This document shows, piece by piece, positions 7,348 to 16,196 of a DNA stretch of 37,431 bases (within the stretch, counting starts at the first letter, position 1; the number at the start of each line of letters is the position of its first letter). This stretch comes from Actinomycetota bacterium. GTDB lineage: Bacteria > Actinomycetota > Acidimicrobiia > IMCC26256 > PALSA-555. The stretch lies in NCBI GenBank assembly GCA_046086425.1, contig JBJSXO010000198.1:1-37431 (forward strand), read 5' to 3'. Below the pieces are notes generated by a model. That model searched no databases. It saw nothing but the letters and a program-made list of their open reading frames with translations, and was not told where the DNA came from. The translations under genes and the position numbers were made by a program.

Positions 7348-9054
7348 GTGCACCGACTCCGGGTCGCCGCCGCGCAGCTCGATCTCGTCGTCGGGGACCT
7401 CGAGGGCAACGCCGCGCGCGTCCTGGCCGCCTACGAGCAGGCGGAGCGGGCCGGCTGCGACCTGGTGGCGTTCCCCGAGCTCGCGGTCACGGGGTACCCG
7501 CCCGAGGACCTGCTCCTGCGCCCGGCGTTCGTCGCGCAGGCCCGGGAGTGGCTCGACAAGATCGCGGCCCGCACCGGTGCCACGGCCGCCGTGGTGGGCT
7601 TCCCCGAGCGCGACGGCGCCCTCTACAACTCGGCGGCGGTCCTCGCCCACGGTGCGGTCCGAGGGATCTACCGCAAGCACCTCCTGCCGAACTACGCGGT
7701 GTTCGACGAGCAGCGGTACTTCGAGCCCTGGCCGGGCGACGGCCCGCTGTTCAGGATCGGGGGCGCGCGCGTCGCAGTGACGGTGTGCGAGGACGCCTGG
7801 AGTCCGTCGGGTCCGATCCTCACGCAGGCCGCGGCCGGCGCCGAGCTCGTCGTCAACGTCAACGCGTCGCCGTATTACGCAGGCCGGCTCCACGAACGGG
7901 AAGCCATGCTCGGCGGACGGGCTCGCGACGCCGGGGTGCCGATCCTCTACGTCAACCTCGTGGGCGGGCAGGACGAGCTGGTCTTCGACGGCGCGTCGCT
8001 GCTGGTCGACGAAACCGGCACCGTGGTGGCCCGGGCGCGACAGTTCGCCGAGGACCTGCTCGTGGTGGACCTGGCCCTCCACCCGGAGCCCGTGCCGCCG
8101 ACCGCGGCCCGGGCGGCCATCGCAGAGGAGACGCTGGTCGAGATCGAGGTCGTGCCCACCCGTGAGCACGGCGGCGCCGCAACCCCCCGGGTCGAGGACC
8201 CCCTGGCGCCGGTACACGAGGTGTACGAGGCCCTGGTGCTCGGCACCCGGGACTACGTGCGCAAGAACGGCTTCGCCGACGTGCTCGTGGGGCTCTCCGG
8301 GGGCATCGACTCGTCCCTGGTCGCGGCCGTCGCCGTCGACGCCCTCGGTCCCGACCACGTGGTCGGGGTGCTCATGCCGTCGCGGGACTCGAGCGACCAC
8401 AGCGTCACCGACGCGATCGCGCTCGCCGAGAACCTCGGCATCCGGACCGCCACGATCCCGATCGAGCCGGCACATCACGCGTTCCTCGACATGCTCGCGG
8501 AGTCCTTCGCCGGGCTCGAGCCGGGTCTCGCCGAGGAGAACCTCCAGGCCCGAATCCGCGGCACGATCCTCATGACCATGTCGAACAAATTCGGGTGGAT
8601 GGTCCTCACCACGGCCAACAAGAGCGAGACCGCCACGGGGTACTCGACCCTCTACGGCGACATGGCCGGCGGCTACGCCGTGATCAAGGATGTCGAGAAG
8701 ACGCTCGTCTACGCGCTCTGTCGTGACCGGAACGTCCGGGCGGGTCGGGCGCTGATCCCGGAGTCCGCGATCGACAAGCCACCGAGCGCCGAGCTGCGCC
8801 CCGGTCAGCTCGATCGCGACTCGCTGCCGGACTACGCCGAACTCGACCCCATCATCGAGGGGTACGTGGAGCACGACCGGTCCATCGCGGACCTCGTGGC
8901 CGAGGGGCACGATCCGGAGACCGTGCGGCGCGTCACCCGCCTGATCGACCTCAACGAGTACAAGCGCCGCCAGGCCGCACCCGGGGTCCGCGTGTCGCCG
9001 AAGGCGTTCGGCAAGGACCGACGCCTCCCGATCACCAACCGTTGGCCGGGCTAG
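7348..9054 (+). CDS. nadE: Glutamine-dependent NAD+ synthetase
   Basis: N-terminal C-N hydrolase domain (RVAAAQL..., CEDAW) fused to an NAD synthetase domain with the SGGIDSS PP-loop. 568 aa. Confidence 0.92.
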   Translation: MHRLRVAAAQLDLVVGDLEGNAARVLAAYEQAERAGCDLVAFPELAVTGYPPEDLLLRPAFVAQAREWLDKIAARTGATAAVVGFPERDGALYNSAAVLAHGAVRGIYRKHLLPNYAVFDEQRYFEPWPGDGPLFRIGGARVAVTVCEDAWSPSGPILTQAAAGAELVVNVNASPYYAGRLHEREAMLGGRARDAGVPILYVNLVGGQDELVFDGASLLVDETGTVVARARQFAEDLLVVDLALHPEPVPPTAARAAIAEETLVEIEVVPTREHGGAATPRVEDPLAPVHEVYEALVLGTRDYVRKNGFADVLVGLSGGIDSSLVAAVAVDALGPDHVVGVLMPSRDSSDHSVTDAIALAENLGIRTATIPIEPAHHAFLDMLAESFAGLEPGLAEENLQARIRGTILMTMSNKFGWMVLTTANKSETATGYSTLYGDMAGGYAVIKDVEKTLVYALCRDRNVRAGRALIPESAIDKPPSAELRPGQLDRDSLPDYAELDPIIEGYVEHDRSIADLVAEGHDPETVRRVTRLIDLNEYKRRQAAPGVRVSPKAFGKDRRLPITNRWPG

Positions 9055-9932
9055 GGGAGGGCGGCGGCCCCCGGCGGTTCGCCGCCGAGGGCGCGCTCGT
9101 CGCGGCGGCGTTTCTCTTCGGTACGACCTTCCCGCTCGTGGCCGATGCCCTCGAGGACATCACCCCGTTCGCGTACCTCGTGCTGCGCTTCGCGGTCGCC
9201 GTGATCGTGCTCGCGCCGTTTGCCGTGCTCGTGGCCCGGCGCGAGGGCGAGGACCGCCGGCTGCTGGTGCGGGTGGGGGCAGTCAGCGGGCTGCTGCTCT
9301 TCGGCGGTTACGCGGCCCAGACGGTGGGTCTGCAGTACACGACCCCCTCGACGTCGGCGTTCCTCACCGGGCTGTTCGTGATCTTCACCCCGTTCGTCGA
9401 GGCGGCGATCGTCCGGCGGCCCCCGCCCGGTGCCGTCCTGGGGTCGGCGCTGCTCGCGACCGTGGGCCTGTACCTGCTGACCGGCGCCGACCTGACGCTG
9501 GGGCGAGGCGAGGTGCTCACCATCGTGTGCGCCGTGGTCTTTGCGATCTGGATCGTGTTCCAGGGCCGGTACGCGACGCGGATCCATCCGATCCCGTTCA
9601 CGACCGCCCAGATGGTCACCTTGGTGGTCGTCGGCCTCCCGGCCATGGCCCGTCAGGGTATCGGCGAGCTCAGTGCCACGGCCTGGTTCGCGGTGGTGTT
9701 CACCGGGATCGCCTGCTCGGCGATGGCGCTCTCGCTGCAGCTCTGGGGCCAGCGCCGGGTACCGCCGACGCGAGCGGCGATGATCCTGCTCCTCGAGCCC
9801 GTGTTCGCCGGCGTCATCAGCTTCCTCGACGGCGAGCGCCTGGGCGCCACGGAGCTCCTGGGGGCGGCGGTCATCCTGGGGGCCATCGCCCTCGCCGAGG
9901 TGGGACCCCGGCGGCGGCCCGTGCCGGCCTGA
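9042..9932 (+). CDS. DMT superfamily (EamA-like) transporter
   Basis: About 10 hydrophobic segments in two EamA-like halves. A TTG start overlapping the nadE end is the only start that keeps TM1. Confidence 0.75.
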   Translation: MAGLGEGGGPRRFAAEGALVAAAFLFGTTFPLVADALEDITPFAYLVLRFAVAVIVLAPFAVLVARREGEDRRLLVRVGAVSGLLLFGGYAAQTVGLQYTTPSTSAFLTGLFVIFTPFVEAAIVRRPPPGAVLGSALLATVGLYLLTGADLTLGRGEVLTIVCAVVFAIWIVFQGRYATRIHPIPFTTAQMVTLVVVGLPAMARQGIGELSATAWFAVVFTGIACSAMALSLQLWGQRRVPPTRAAMILLLEPVFAGVISFLDGERLGATELLGAAVILGAIALAEVGPRRRPVPA

Positions 9933-10001
9933 GCCGCCCGGTTTCCCGGGTCCATCCGTGTGACTTTGACGGCGCGCGCTCCGGCTGGCCACACTGCCGC
10001 C

Positions 10002-10529
10002 ATGACCTCCGCCACCCTCGACGACACCGCGCGCCGGATCGCCCGGGCTCGCTGGTTGGAGTTGCGGTGCTTCGAGGTGCTCGGGGGGTGGGTCGCCACG
10101 ACCCCTGAGCCCGAGGCCAAGCTGGCCCTCGCCCGCCAGAGCCACCATCACGCCTGGCACGCCGAGTTGTTCACCCGGGTCGTCCCCACGGCCAGTGGTC
10201 TCGAAGTGGGCCACCACGACGACCCCGAGCCGGCTTGGCAGGCCGCCCTCGGCGAGATCGAGGCGCTGCGCGCCACGCCGGACCGGATGGTCGCGGCGTT
10301 CGGGGTGCTCCTCTCGGCGAAGTTGGGCGAGTACGAGCGGTGGCTCGCCGACGTCGACCCGGTGCGCGACGCCCCCTTGCGTCGGTGGCTCGGGTTCGTG
10401 GTCGCCGACGAGCAGTCGGATCTGGCCGAGGGCCGTGCGTTGGTGCGCGAGTTCCCGGCGGCCGCGGTGGCTCGGGGTCGCCACGTCGCCGAGCAGGCCC
10501 TCCTCGCCGCCGGTCCCCTCCTGGTCTGA
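10002..10529 (+). CDS. Hypothetical helical protein with a His-rich HHHAWHAE motif
   Basis: Good GC3 bias. ATG 10002 lies 6 nt after a CACACT hexamer (9990-9995), with TTGACG 18 nt upstream of that. I recognise no family. Confidence 0.5.
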   Translation: MTSATLDDTARRIARARWLELRCFEVLGGWVATTPEPEAKLALARQSHHHAWHAELFTRVVPTASGLEVGHHDDPEPAWQAALGEIEALRATPDRMVAAFGVLLSAKLGEYERWLADVDPVRDAPLRRWLGFVVADEQSDLAEGRALVREFPAAAVARGRHVAEQALLAAGPLLV

Positions 10530-10592
10530 GCGGCCCCCGGGGCCGCGTCCCGGGGCCCGGACCCGCCCCTCGGGCCCTGTGGAAATCCACCC

Positions 10593-10620
10593 TTGACAGA
10601 TTCCGTCTCATGCGGACAAT
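10593..10620 (+). promoter_or_regulatory. Candidate sigma-70-type promoter of the sigma-factor gene (TTGACA-16 nt-GACAAT)
   Basis: Perfect -35 TTGACA at 10593-10598 and GACAAT at 10615-10620. It sits about 70 nt upstream of the GTG start. Confidence 0.35.
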
Positions 10621-10692
10621 GGCGGTCTCACGTGCGGAGGGGGGAGCGACCGGCTCCAGCGCACCGTAGAGCCGAACTCGGAGGCGTCGTCC

Positions 10693-11631
10693 GTGGCGAA
10701 GGAGCGAGTCGAGCGCGACGAGGAGGATCTCGTCCGGCTGTACCTCACCGACATCGGCCAGTACCCGCTCCTCACCAAGGACGACGAGGTACGCCTCGCC
10801 CAGCAGATCGAGGGGGGCAACGAGGCCCGGGCCGAGCTTGCGGCCGGCGGCAAGCACCTCACCCCGGCCAAGCGGCGGGAGCTGCGCCGGGTGGGCCGTC
10901 AGGGCGACGACGCCCAGCAGACCTTCGTGCAGTCCAACCTCCGCCTGGTGGTCTCGATCGCCAAGAAGTACCAGGCCTCGGGCCTGCCCCTGCTCGACCT
11001 CATCCAGGAGGGCAACCTCGGCCTGATGCACGCCGTCGAGAAGTTCGACTGGCGCAAGGGCTTCAAGTTCTCGACCTACGCGACCTGGTGGATCCGTCAG
11101 GCCATCACCCGCGGCATCGCCAACACCGGTCGCACCATCCGCCTCCCCGTCCACGCCGGTGACACCCTGGCCCGCCTCCAGAAGGCCCGCTCCCGCCTCG
11201 AGCTCAAACTCGGGCGCCCCGCCACGCTCTCGGAGCTGGCCGTCGAGGTGGAGATGCCCGAGGACAAGGTCACCGAGGCACTGCGCTTCGCAGCCGAGCC
11301 CCTCTCTCTCTCCGAGCCGCTGCGCGAGGACGGCGACGCCGAGCTCGGCGACATCGTCGAGGACCGCTCGGCCGAGTCGCCGTTCGAGATGGCGGCCACG
11401 GCGATGCTGCCGGAGGAGATCGAGAAGTTGCTCGCCCCGCTCGACGAGCGGGAGCGCCAGATCCTTGCTCTGCGCTTCGGCCTCGACCGCGGTGAGCCGC
11501 GGACCCTCGAGGAGGTGGGCGAGTTCTTCAACCTCACCCGCGAGCGCATCCGCCAGATCGAGGCCCGCGCGATGTCGAAGCTCCGGCACCCCTCGGCCGA
11601 CACCGGCGCCCGCGACCTCCTCGCGGTCTGA
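10693..11631 (+). CDS. RNA polymerase sigma-70 factor, group 1/2 type (short form, SigB/HrdB-like core)
   Basis: Region 2 reads NLRLVVSIAKKY...DLIQEGNLGLMHAVEKFD...FSTYATWWIRQAITR. Region 3 and region 4.2 (TLEEVGEFFNLTRERIRQIEARAMSKLRH) are present. GGAGG lies 8 nt before the GTG. Confidence 0.92.
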   Translation: MAKERVERDEEDLVRLYLTDIGQYPLLTKDDEVRLAQQIEGGNEARAELAAGGKHLTPAKRRELRRVGRQGDDAQQTFVQSNLRLVVSIAKKYQASGLPLLDLIQEGNLGLMHAVEKFDWRKGFKFSTYATWWIRQAITRGIANTGRTIRLPVHAGDTLARLQKARSRLELKLGRPATLSELAVEVEMPEDKVTEALRFAAEPLSLSEPLREDGDAELGDIVEDRSAESPFEMAATAMLPEEIEKLLAPLDERERQILALRFGLDRGEPRTLEEVGEFFNLTRERIRQIEARAMSKLRHPSADTGARDLLAV

Positions 11632-11659
11632 CCGCCCGCACCACCCGCTCCGCGCCGTC

Positions 11660-12529
11660 GTGCTCGTCGCGCAGATCAGCGACCTCCACGTCGCGCCGGA
11701 GTCCAGCTACATGCGGCAGTTCGTCGATGCGAACACGCTGCTGCGGCGGGCGGTGGAGTACCTGAACACCATGACGCCCCGGCCCGACGTCGTCCTCGCA
11801 ACCGGGGATCTCACCGACCACGGCACGGCCGACGAGTACCGCATGCTCTCGGAGATCCTCGGCACGCTCGAGGTGCCGTTGTACCTCGTGCCCGGCAACC
11901 ACGACGAGCCCGACGTCCTGCGGGAGGTGATGGGCACGCCGCCCTATGTCGTCGGGCCGACGTTCGACTACACGGTCGAGGAGTTCCCGGTCCGCCTCGT
12001 CGCGATCGACTCCACGGCACCCGGCCGTCACGACGGCGAGCTCGGCACCGCCCAGCTGCGCGCCCTCGAGGCGACCCTGGGCGAGCAGCCCGACCGTCCG
12101 ACGCTCTGCTTCCTGCACCATCCTCCATTCGAGACGGGTATCTGGTGGATGGACTGCATCGGCCTCACCGGTGCGCGCGACCTCGAGTCCGTCGTCCGCC
12201 GACATCCGCAGGTCCGCCTGGTCGTCGCCGGCCACGTGCACCGGCCCGTCGCCACGGTCTGGGGTCCCACGATGCTCACTACGGCGCCGAGCACCTGTCA
12301 CCAGACCGCGCTCGCGCTCCATCCCGACTGCCCGCCCCGCATCACCACGGAGGCCCCCATGCTCGCGCTGCATCAGTGGGTCGGCGACGGGTTCGTCAGC
12401 CACGCCACAGTGTTCGACAAAGAGGGCCCGGAGCTCAACATCGCCGAGCTGGTGAGCGACTGGCCGGCGGCCAAGGCGGGCATCCTGGCCCGGGGACCGA
12501 TGCCCAAGGGGTCGAGCGCGGTCGGCTGA
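11660..12529 (+). CDS. Metallophosphoesterase (CpdA/GpdQ-like phosphodiesterase)
   Basis: Motifs ISDLH, GDLTDHG, GNHD, HHPP and GHVH appear in the canonical order. The start is set at GTG 11660, because the track ORF start 11159 overlaps the sigma gene. Confidence 0.8.
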   Translation: MLVAQISDLHVAPESSYMRQFVDANTLLRRAVEYLNTMTPRPDVVLATGDLTDHGTADEYRMLSEILGTLEVPLYLVPGNHDEPDVLREVMGTPPYVVGPTFDYTVEEFPVRLVAIDSTAPGRHDGELGTAQLRALEATLGEQPDRPTLCFLHHPPFETGIWWMDCIGLTGARDLESVVRRHPQVRLVVAGHVHRPVATVWGPTMLTTAPSTCHQTALALHPDCPPRITTEAPMLALHQWVGDGFVSHATVFDKEGPELNIAELVSDWPAAKAGILARGPMPKGSSAVG

Positions 12530-12545
12530 ACGTGGCCGGGCCTGC

Positions 12546-13655
12546 TTGACTTTGCCCGTGCGGCCGTTGCACACCTCCGTCGGGATCCTCGGGATCTTCC
12601 TCGTCGTGGGGACCTTCCGCGACGTCGTGTCGACCGTCGTCACGATCCAGCGCGACCGACGCTGGTCTGCGGCGCGCCGGTACTTCAAGGTCACGTGGAC
12701 GTGGTACGCGAAGTTGGCGCGCCGGATCGAGGACCCGCAACGCCGGGAGCGGTTCCTCGTGCCCTTCGGGCCGGTGTCGCTCGTCGGGCTGCTCGCGGTC
12801 TGGGTCGCCATGCTCCTGTTCGGTTGGGGCCTGGTGTGGTGGGGCCTCCAGAGCCACATCGACGGCATCGACGACGTTTGGTCGGCGGTCTACTTCTCCG
12901 GGGTGACGTTCCTCACGATCGGCTACGGCGACATTGTGGCCGAGGGCGCCGGCAGCCGGCTGCTCGCCGTCGTCGAGGGGCTCATGGGCATCCTCACCAC
13001 GGCCATGGTGATCGGACTCCTGCCCACGCTGTTCGCGGCGTACATGCGGCGAGAGGCGAAGCTGCTCACGCTGGACGACCTCCACGACCAGGTGACGCCC
13101 CGGGGATACTTCGAGCGGTACGCCGATGGGGTGAACCTCGCGCCGCTGTACGCGGAGTTCCGCGCCTGGGACGACTGGTGTGCCGACGTGTACGACTCGC
13201 ACAGCGCGTACCCGATGCTGCTGTGGTTCCGGTCGCGCCAGTCCGGGCGCTCCTGGTCGGTGGGGCTCGGCATCGTGCTCGAGGCGGCGAGCTACGTGCT
13301 CGCAGCAGTCGACGAGCCCGACCACCACGAGGCGCAGGGCTTCTACCGCCGAGCCGTCATGCTGCTCGACACCATCCGCGCCCACGAGCACGTGACGCTG
13401 CCGCCCCCGCCGGCGGTGATGCCGGAGACGGTGGAGCAGAACTTCCGGGAGGTCTACGACACGCTCGTGCGTCTCGGTCTGCCCGTCCGCCCCTTCCCCG
13501 AGGCACTCGAGCGCCAGCACGCGTTACGGGCCGACTACGTTCCCGTGCTCTGGGGCCTGAGCCAGGTACTGCTGGCGCCGATCGAGTTCCGTCCCAACGT
13601 CCGGCCCATCCCCGTCTCGTTCGGGCCGTCGGTCGCCGCAGGAGGTGACGCATGA
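12546..13655 (+). CDS. Potassium channel family protein with an uncharacterised ~190-aa cytoplasmic C-terminal domain
   Basis: K+ selectivity filter TIGYGD, preceded by a pore-helix-like VYFSGVTFL and flanked by TM helices. Confidence 0.8.
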   Translation: MTLPVRPLHTSVGILGIFLVVGTFRDVVSTVVTIQRDRRWSAARRYFKVTWTWYAKLARRIEDPQRRERFLVPFGPVSLVGLLAVWVAMLLFGWGLVWWGLQSHIDGIDDVWSAVYFSGVTFLTIGYGDIVAEGAGSRLLAVVEGLMGILTTAMVIGLLPTLFAAYMRREAKLLTLDDLHDQVTPRGYFERYADGVNLAPLYAEFRAWDDWCADVYDSHSAYPMLLWFRSRQSGRSWSVGLGIVLEAASYVLAAVDEPDHHEAQGFYRRAVMLLDTIRAHEHVTLPPPPAVMPETVEQNFREVYDTLVRLGLPVRPFPEALERQHALRADYVPVLWGLSQVLLAPIEFRPNVRPIPVSFGPSVAAGGDA

Positions 13656-14278
13656 CCCCTGACTCCCCGGATACCCCGGCCGACGCCGCAGCGGTGACGC
13701 CCGAGATCGTCGCGCAGCCCGGCCCCGGGGTGGTCGACCTGGTGTTCCGCTCGGCCCGCCTCGGTGTGGACGCGGCCACGCTCGCCGCAGGCGAGATGGC
13801 GGAGCTCTCGCTGCGGGTGGCCCGGGCCGTGCTGCCACCGGCGCTGGCCGAGCGGCCGCTCGACGCCGTCAACGAGCGTCTCGCGCGTCAGCGCAGCGCT
13901 GCGCACGAGCGTGGCGCGCGCAGCATCGAGGAGACCCGGGACGCGGCCGAGGCGGTCCTCAACCAGGTGGTGATCGGGGTGGTCGACATGCTGGACATGG
14001 AGGCCGTGATCGACCACGTCCCGATCGACAAGGTGGTGGCCCGGGTCGACGTTCCCGGCATCATCGACGAGATCGACCTCGGCGACATCGTCCGCGAGTC
14101 GACGACCGGGCTGGTGGGCGAGACGGTCGACGCGATCCGTGTGCAAGTGATGGGCTTGGACCTCTTCGTGGCCCGGATCGTCGACGCGGTGCTCCGCCGG
14201 AAGCGACCGCGGGAGTTGGCGCTCGAGGGATACGACGTGTTCGGCCCGGAGGTGCACGTGCCGAAGGAGCTGCGGTGA
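13652..14278 (+). CDS. Hypothetical protein, translationally coupled between the K+ channel and RDD genes
   Basis: ATGA overlap with the upstream gene and GTGA overlap with the downstream gene. Strong GC3 bias. Acidic V/I/D-rich repeats. I recognise no family. Confidence 0.6.
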   Translation: MTPDSPDTPADAAAVTPEIVAQPGPGVVDLVFRSARLGVDAATLAAGEMAELSLRVARAVLPPALAERPLDAVNERLARQRSAAHERGARSIEETRDAAEAVLNQVVIGVVDMLDMEAVIDHVPIDKVVARVDVPGIIDEIDLGDIVRESTTGLVGETVDAIRVQVMGLDLFVARIVDAVLRRKRPRELALEGYDVFGPEVHVPKELR

Positions 14279-14817
14279 GCCGGATCATCCGCAACGCGCG
14301 TGCCCGTGAGCTCCAGGGCCAGCGAGCAGGAGCCCTCTCGCGGGGGCTCGCGTTCGCGGCCGACATCGGGATCGCGTTCGTCGTCTACCTCGCGATCGTG
14401 GCCGGCGTGAGTCTGCTCTGGGACATCTTCTTCTCCGACGAACTGACGATCCCTGCGCCACCGCCCTGGTTCTCGCTGCTGATGAGCTTCCTGGTCCTGG
14501 TGGTGTACCTGGCCCTCGGCTGGGGGTCCACGGGCCGCACGATCGGCAAGCAGCTTCTCGGCCTGCGCGTGGTGCGTCGTGACGCGCGCCCTCTGACGCC
14601 GGGGCAGGCGTGGGGGCGGGCGCTGCTCTGCGCAGTCTTCTATCCCGGGCTGCTACTTGCGCTCGTCGACCGGCGTAACCGCAGCGTCCAGGACGTCGTG
14701 TGCCGATCGGTCGTGGTGTACGACTGGATTCCCGAGTCCGCGCGACCGCGTCGGTTTCCCAGCGCAACGGTGCAGCCGGTCGGTGACCGCACCGCGTCAG
14801 GCCAGGAGCGCCCGTAG
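14275..14817 (+). CDS. RDD family membrane protein
   Basis: Three TM segments with the R...D...D pattern (GLRVVRRDARPLT, LVDRRNRSVQDVVCRSVVV). Confidence 0.78.
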   Translation: MSRIIRNARARELQGQRAGALSRGLAFAADIGIAFVVYLAIVAGVSLLWDIFFSDELTIPAPPPWFSLLMSFLVLVVYLALGWGSTGRTIGKQLLGLRVVRRDARPLTPGQAWGRALLCAVFYPGLLLALVDRRNRSVQDVVCRSVVVYDWIPESARPRRFPSATVQPVGDRTASGQERP

Positions 14818-15762
14818 CTCGGTGCTCGCCAGCGTCACGTGCCGCTCGACCAGGTCGTCGGGCATCCCGGCGATGCTGGCCCACACGTGCACCTGCACCA
14901 CCGGAAGGCCGTCGGTCAGCGCGCGGATGTGTGCTGCGGCACCCTCGGGAGTGAGAACCCCGAAGCGGGGCGGCGCGCCGTCCCGCCCCGGAGCGGTCCA
15001 GCGGTCGGGGTCGATCGGCCGGGGTGGCTCGGCGCCGGTGCCCTCGACGGCGTAGCGGTTGTAGGAGTCCCACTGGTACTGGAGGTGGGGCCGGATCCGA
15101 GGCCAGGCCGCCTCCGGGTCGTCGGCCACCACCAGGTTCACCACCGCGGCGCACCGAGCCGACGCCGGGTCGTGGCCACCGTCGGCGAGGCCCTCCCGGT
15201 ACGGCGCCATGAGCGCCGGGTCCACGGCGAGGAGCCCGGCGCCGAGCTCGCCGGCGAGGCGCGCGCCGCGGGGCCCGAAGAAGCCTCCCCATAGCGACAT
15301 CGGCTCCTGGACAGGCCGAGGGGTGACACCCCCGGTCGCCCACAGGCGCAGGACCTCCCGCAGGCAGGCCTCGGTCTGGGCGAAACGCCGCTCGAAGGTG
15401 CGGCCGAACCCGGTGTACTCGGGGACCCGGTAGCCGAGGCCGACTCCGAGGTCGAGGCGACCGTTGCTGAGGATGTCGACCATCGCGGCCTCCTCTGCGA
15501 GCTGCGCCGGCTCGCGTAGCGCAGCGAGCAGCACGGCGGTGCCGATGCGGATCGAGCGCGTGCGCGCCGCGATCGCCGCCGCGAACGTGAGGGGCTGGGG
15601 GAGGTAGCCGTCCTCGAAGAAGTGGTGCTCCGAGAGCCACACCGACGCAGCACCGAGGCGCTCGGCCTCCTCGACGAGCTCGAGTGTCTGCGCGTAGTGC
15701 TCGGGCCACGGGCGCGCCCAGGGGGGAGGGTTGCGCCCGTCGAGGTAGATACCGACCTCCAT
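14797..15762 (-). CDS. LLM-class (luciferase-like) flavin/F420-dependent oxidoreductase
   Basis: AERLGAASVWLSEHHF, IRIGTAVLL and SNGRLDLGVGLGY are typical LLM motifs. The start ATG overlaps the DUF35 stop. Confidence 0.85.
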   Translation of the reverse strand: MEVGIYLDGRNPPPWARPWPEHYAQTLELVEEAERLGAASVWLSEHHFFEDGYLPQPLTFAAAIAARTRSIRIGTAVLLAALREPAQLAEEAAMVDILSNGRLDLGVGLGYRVPEYTGFGRTFERRFAQTEACLREVLRLWATGGVTPRPVQEPMSLWGGFFGPRGARLAGELGAGLLAVDPALMAPYREGLADGGHDPASARCAAVVNLVVADDPEAAWPRIRPHLQYQWDSYNRYAVEGTGAEPPRPIDPDRWTAPGRDGAPPRFGVLTPEGAAAHIRALTDGLPVVQVHVWASIAGMPDDLVERHVTLASTELRALLA

Positions 15763-16196
15763 CAGGCGTCCTCACGGTCGTCGCGCACTGGGGTGAAGAG
15801 GGGGATCGCGTGGGTGTCGTCGACGTCCTCGAAGCACACCTCGACGCGCTGGCCAACCCGTACGGTGTCGGGTGGGCAGCCGACCAGGTTGGTGTGGATC
15901 CGCACGCCGTCGTCGAGGTCGACGAGGGCGATCACGTAGGGCAGGCGAGCGGCGAACACGGGGTCGGGGTGCCGGCGCACCACCGTGAACGTGTACACGG
16001 TGCCGAGGCCCGACGCCGCCACGAAGTCGAGGTCGTCGCCGAGGCACCGGATGCAGAACGGCCGGGGGAAGTGCTGGATCCGGTCACAGTGCAGACAGTG
16101 CTGGAGCACCAGCCGGTGCTCGCTCGCCGCGGCCCAGTACGGCGCTGCGTAGGCGGCGATCTCGGGCAACGGGAGCGGTGGGCGGGCGTCGGTCAC
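15762..16196 (-). CDS. Zn-ribbon/OB-fold protein (DUF35 family)
   Basis: CLHCDRIQHFPRPFCIRC zinc ribbon followed by an OB-fold segment (GTVYTFTVV...PYVIALVDLDDGVRI). GTG 16196 overlaps the thiolase stop (GTGA). Confidence 0.85.
   Translation of the reverse strand: MTDARPPLPLPEIAAYAAPYWAAASEHRLVLQHCLHCDRIQHFPRPFCIRCLGDDLDFVAASGLGTVYTFTVVRRHPDPVFAARLPYVIALVDLDDGVRIHTNLVGCPPDTVRVGQRVEVCFEDVDDTHAIPLFTPVRDDREDA

Noticed and set aside
7266-7409. N-terminal 48 codons of the 976-aa glnE ORF
   Set aside because: The translation is Arg/Cys/Thr-rich and unlike GlnE N-termini. It would overlap the nadE start and its -10 hexamer. The start was moved to GTG 7265.
7333-8910. 525-aa minus-strand ORF
   Set aside because: It is antisense to nadE and has no motifs.
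9051-10484. 477-aa minus-strand ORF
   Set aside because: It is antisense to the EamA transporter and the downstream hypothetical gene. It has highly charged Arg/Glu/Gly/Pro junk composition.
10171-11589. 472-aa minus-strand ORF
   Set aside because: It is antisense to the sigma-factor gene, whose regions 2-4 are unambiguous.
14285-15856. 523-aa minus-strand ORF
   Set aside because: It is out of frame with the LLM oxidoreductase and antisense to the RDD gene. It has Arg/Pro/Gly-rich composition.
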